From contig KZ538529.1 of assembly GCA_000934665.2 (NCBI GenBank), forward strand, positions 1 to 64,000: a stretch of 64,000 nucleotides of DNA, given 5' to 3'. Origin of the DNA: Catajapyx aquilonaris. Lineage: Eukaryota. The position numbers were made by a program, and so were the translations under genes. Under the pieces are notes generated by a model. It did no database searches. It saw only the letters and a program-made list of their open reading frames with translations, and was not told where the DNA came from. Every line of letters begins with the position of its first letter. Position 1 is the first letter of the stretch. This document shows positions 62,298 through 64,000 of this stretch, piece by piece.

Positions 62298-63164
62298 GGG
62301 CGCCGGATACCTATGCGATTTTTCAGAATCGCGGGCCAAGTATGGCAGAGTCACCAGTGCAGCGTTCTCTTTGCACAGGTACGGACCTGAAATTTTCACA
62401 GCATGGTGAGGAAGGGCCAATTGAGCCCCTGACGGAGTTTCGATGAATTAGAATAATAATTAATTACGAGATCTACATGGGGAGGAGTTTTTGAAAAGCG
62501 GCTCATGACTCCAGATTCGAATTTGGGAAATATCTCGACGGTCTGCGATGGCAAAAGTTGTCCTCTCTTACTCCTCCAAAGCGCGATTAATTTGGGCTAT
62601 TAGTTTTTGCATAGCTATTAAAACGGTTTCACCACCTCACTTCGTAAAATCGGCGGAAAACTTTCGAACGTGGAACAGTTGGTTCCCTGTCCAGGTTGCC
62701 AGGGAACCGGTTCGGGCAAAATAATCAAAAAGCGCGTGGGCAACAGGTAACCAACACTTCAATATTCGGACGTACTCCCTCTGATTTTACGAGATGATGT
62801 GGTGAAACGATTTAAACAGCTGTGCAAAAACCAATAGCCCAAATTAATTGCCCTTTGGAGGAGTCAGAGAGGAATACTTTTGCCATCGCAGACTGTTGAG
62901 ATATATTTCCCAAATTCGAATCCGGAGCCAAGATGTCGTGAGCTGGTTTTCAAAAACTCTTCCCCTTGTAGATCTCGCAATTATTATTATAATTGATCGA
63001 AACTCCATCGAGGGCTCAATTGGACCTTCTCACCATGCTGTGAAAACTTCAGGTCCATACCTCCAGTGCGGTGCCCGCATCGGTGGTACAAAGAGAACGC
63101 TGCACCCGTGACTCTGCCAAACTTGGCCCGTGATTCTGAAAAATCACATAGGTATCCGGCCCCC
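62298..63164. mobile_element. Kolobok-like foldback element with ~350-bp inverted arms
   Basis: tcaa|gggcgccggatacctatgcgatttttcagaatc ... gattctgaaaaatcacataggtatccggccccc|ttaa. Confidence 0.8.
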
Positions 63165-63227
63165 TTAAGTGGTGTAAAATATTCCAGAAAGGTGAGAGGA
63201 GTCTGACAGACATGCCGCTGCCAGGCC

Positions 63228-63412
63228 AGTGGAATTTCGATGGGTTCTCTCCGTGCTCGCGTGGGTTTTCTCGCGGTTCTCCAGTTTCCTCCCACTATCA
63301 AAATTCATCACATTACAGGCAAGTGATTAAAGTCGGTTATTCAAAAGATGATCCCCTAAGAGACCCAAGGGGCCTATCACGGGGTATCCATTATTATTAT
63401 TATATTATTATA
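63228..63412 (+). mobile_element. 5'-truncated SINE (family D)
   Basis: Matches 40300-40464, with the shared tail and (TTA)n. Confidence 0.85.
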
Positions 63413-63727
63413 AACAAGCATACAAACTTTAAACGGAATTATCTCCAAATGACAAATGGCTCTGTTACAGGGTTTTGACTTGGGGTATCAGATGTGATCA
63501 TTGCAAACATTCCACAGTATACATCTTGATATGATAGATAGTGACAGTAACTAGGGTGCCAAGAGAAAAATAATGACACTAGTGAACTTAATATTTTTCC
63601 TCTTTTAACAACAAAAAACTGACTCCCTCGTTGGCAAGCAACCAAGATGGACGTCTCTTTTTTGTGCTCCAGCCACAACTTCAGTCAAATGACAGTAGTC
63701 TACTCTATATCACGATGGTTAGTAAGA

Positions 63728-63900
63728 ATGGACGCAGCGAAAATTAGGTCACTGTTTAAAGAGTTAAAGTCAGAACTAATGACAGACATCCAATGGACTA
63801 TTACAGACACAATTAACTCTACCCTGAAAGGATTTGAGGAGCGATGAACTGCCAAGTTGGAGGAGGTGAGGACCGATTTGACCGAGGTGAATGAGTCTGT
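63728..63900 (+). pseudogene. Possible LINE ORF1 N-terminal coiled-coil relic
   Basis: MDAAKIRSLFKELKSELMTDIQ...FEER*TAKLEEVRTDLTEVNES is a heptad-like coiled coil with an internal stop. Confidence 0.4.
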
Positions 63901-64000
63901 TAACTCTGGAACCGTGCCATGCCTGAAAGTCACGGGAACCGTGCTGTGGGTGTTATGTGCTATGCCACTAGCACATAAGGATTTGATGAGACTACTAACA

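Overview
This is eukaryotic (arthropod-like, probably insect) genomic DNA carrying two spliced genes in tandem on the minus strand. The first is PDS5, the cohesin-associated HEAT-repeat protein. I traced 20 coding exons by hand from 28822 to 2762, all GT-AG and phase-consistent, giving about 1377 aa, with a GC-rich, YY1-motif promoter region near 36.8-37.5 kb. The second is a LITAF/SIMPLE-family zinc-ribbon gene with 4 coding exons from 48199 to 41586 and a probable promoter near 54.2-54.4 kb. Introns and intergenic DNA are dense with non-autonomous mobile elements: several tRNA-derived SINE families, hAT-, Tc1/pogo-, piggyBac-, Kolobok- and Transib-like MITEs, a Helentron-associated (HINE/DINE-like) element, a solo LTR plus a second probable LTR, a THAP-bearing transposon relic and a LINE ORF1 relic. 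Most ORFs in the six-frame track are spurious. The most notable pattern is a modular SINE system: SINEs with different heads and bodies all end in the same covarying 3' stem-loop (CCCCTAAG-stem-loop-ATCACGGGGTA), with apparent tail swapping and tail duplication. Other candidates are exon-junction-terminated uORFs in the PDS5 leader, a stop codon overlapping a splice donor, a symmetric cassette exon and several long hairpins in LITAF, and a perfect palindrome joined to a duplication. Nothing was checked by database search; family names come from motifs and recall.
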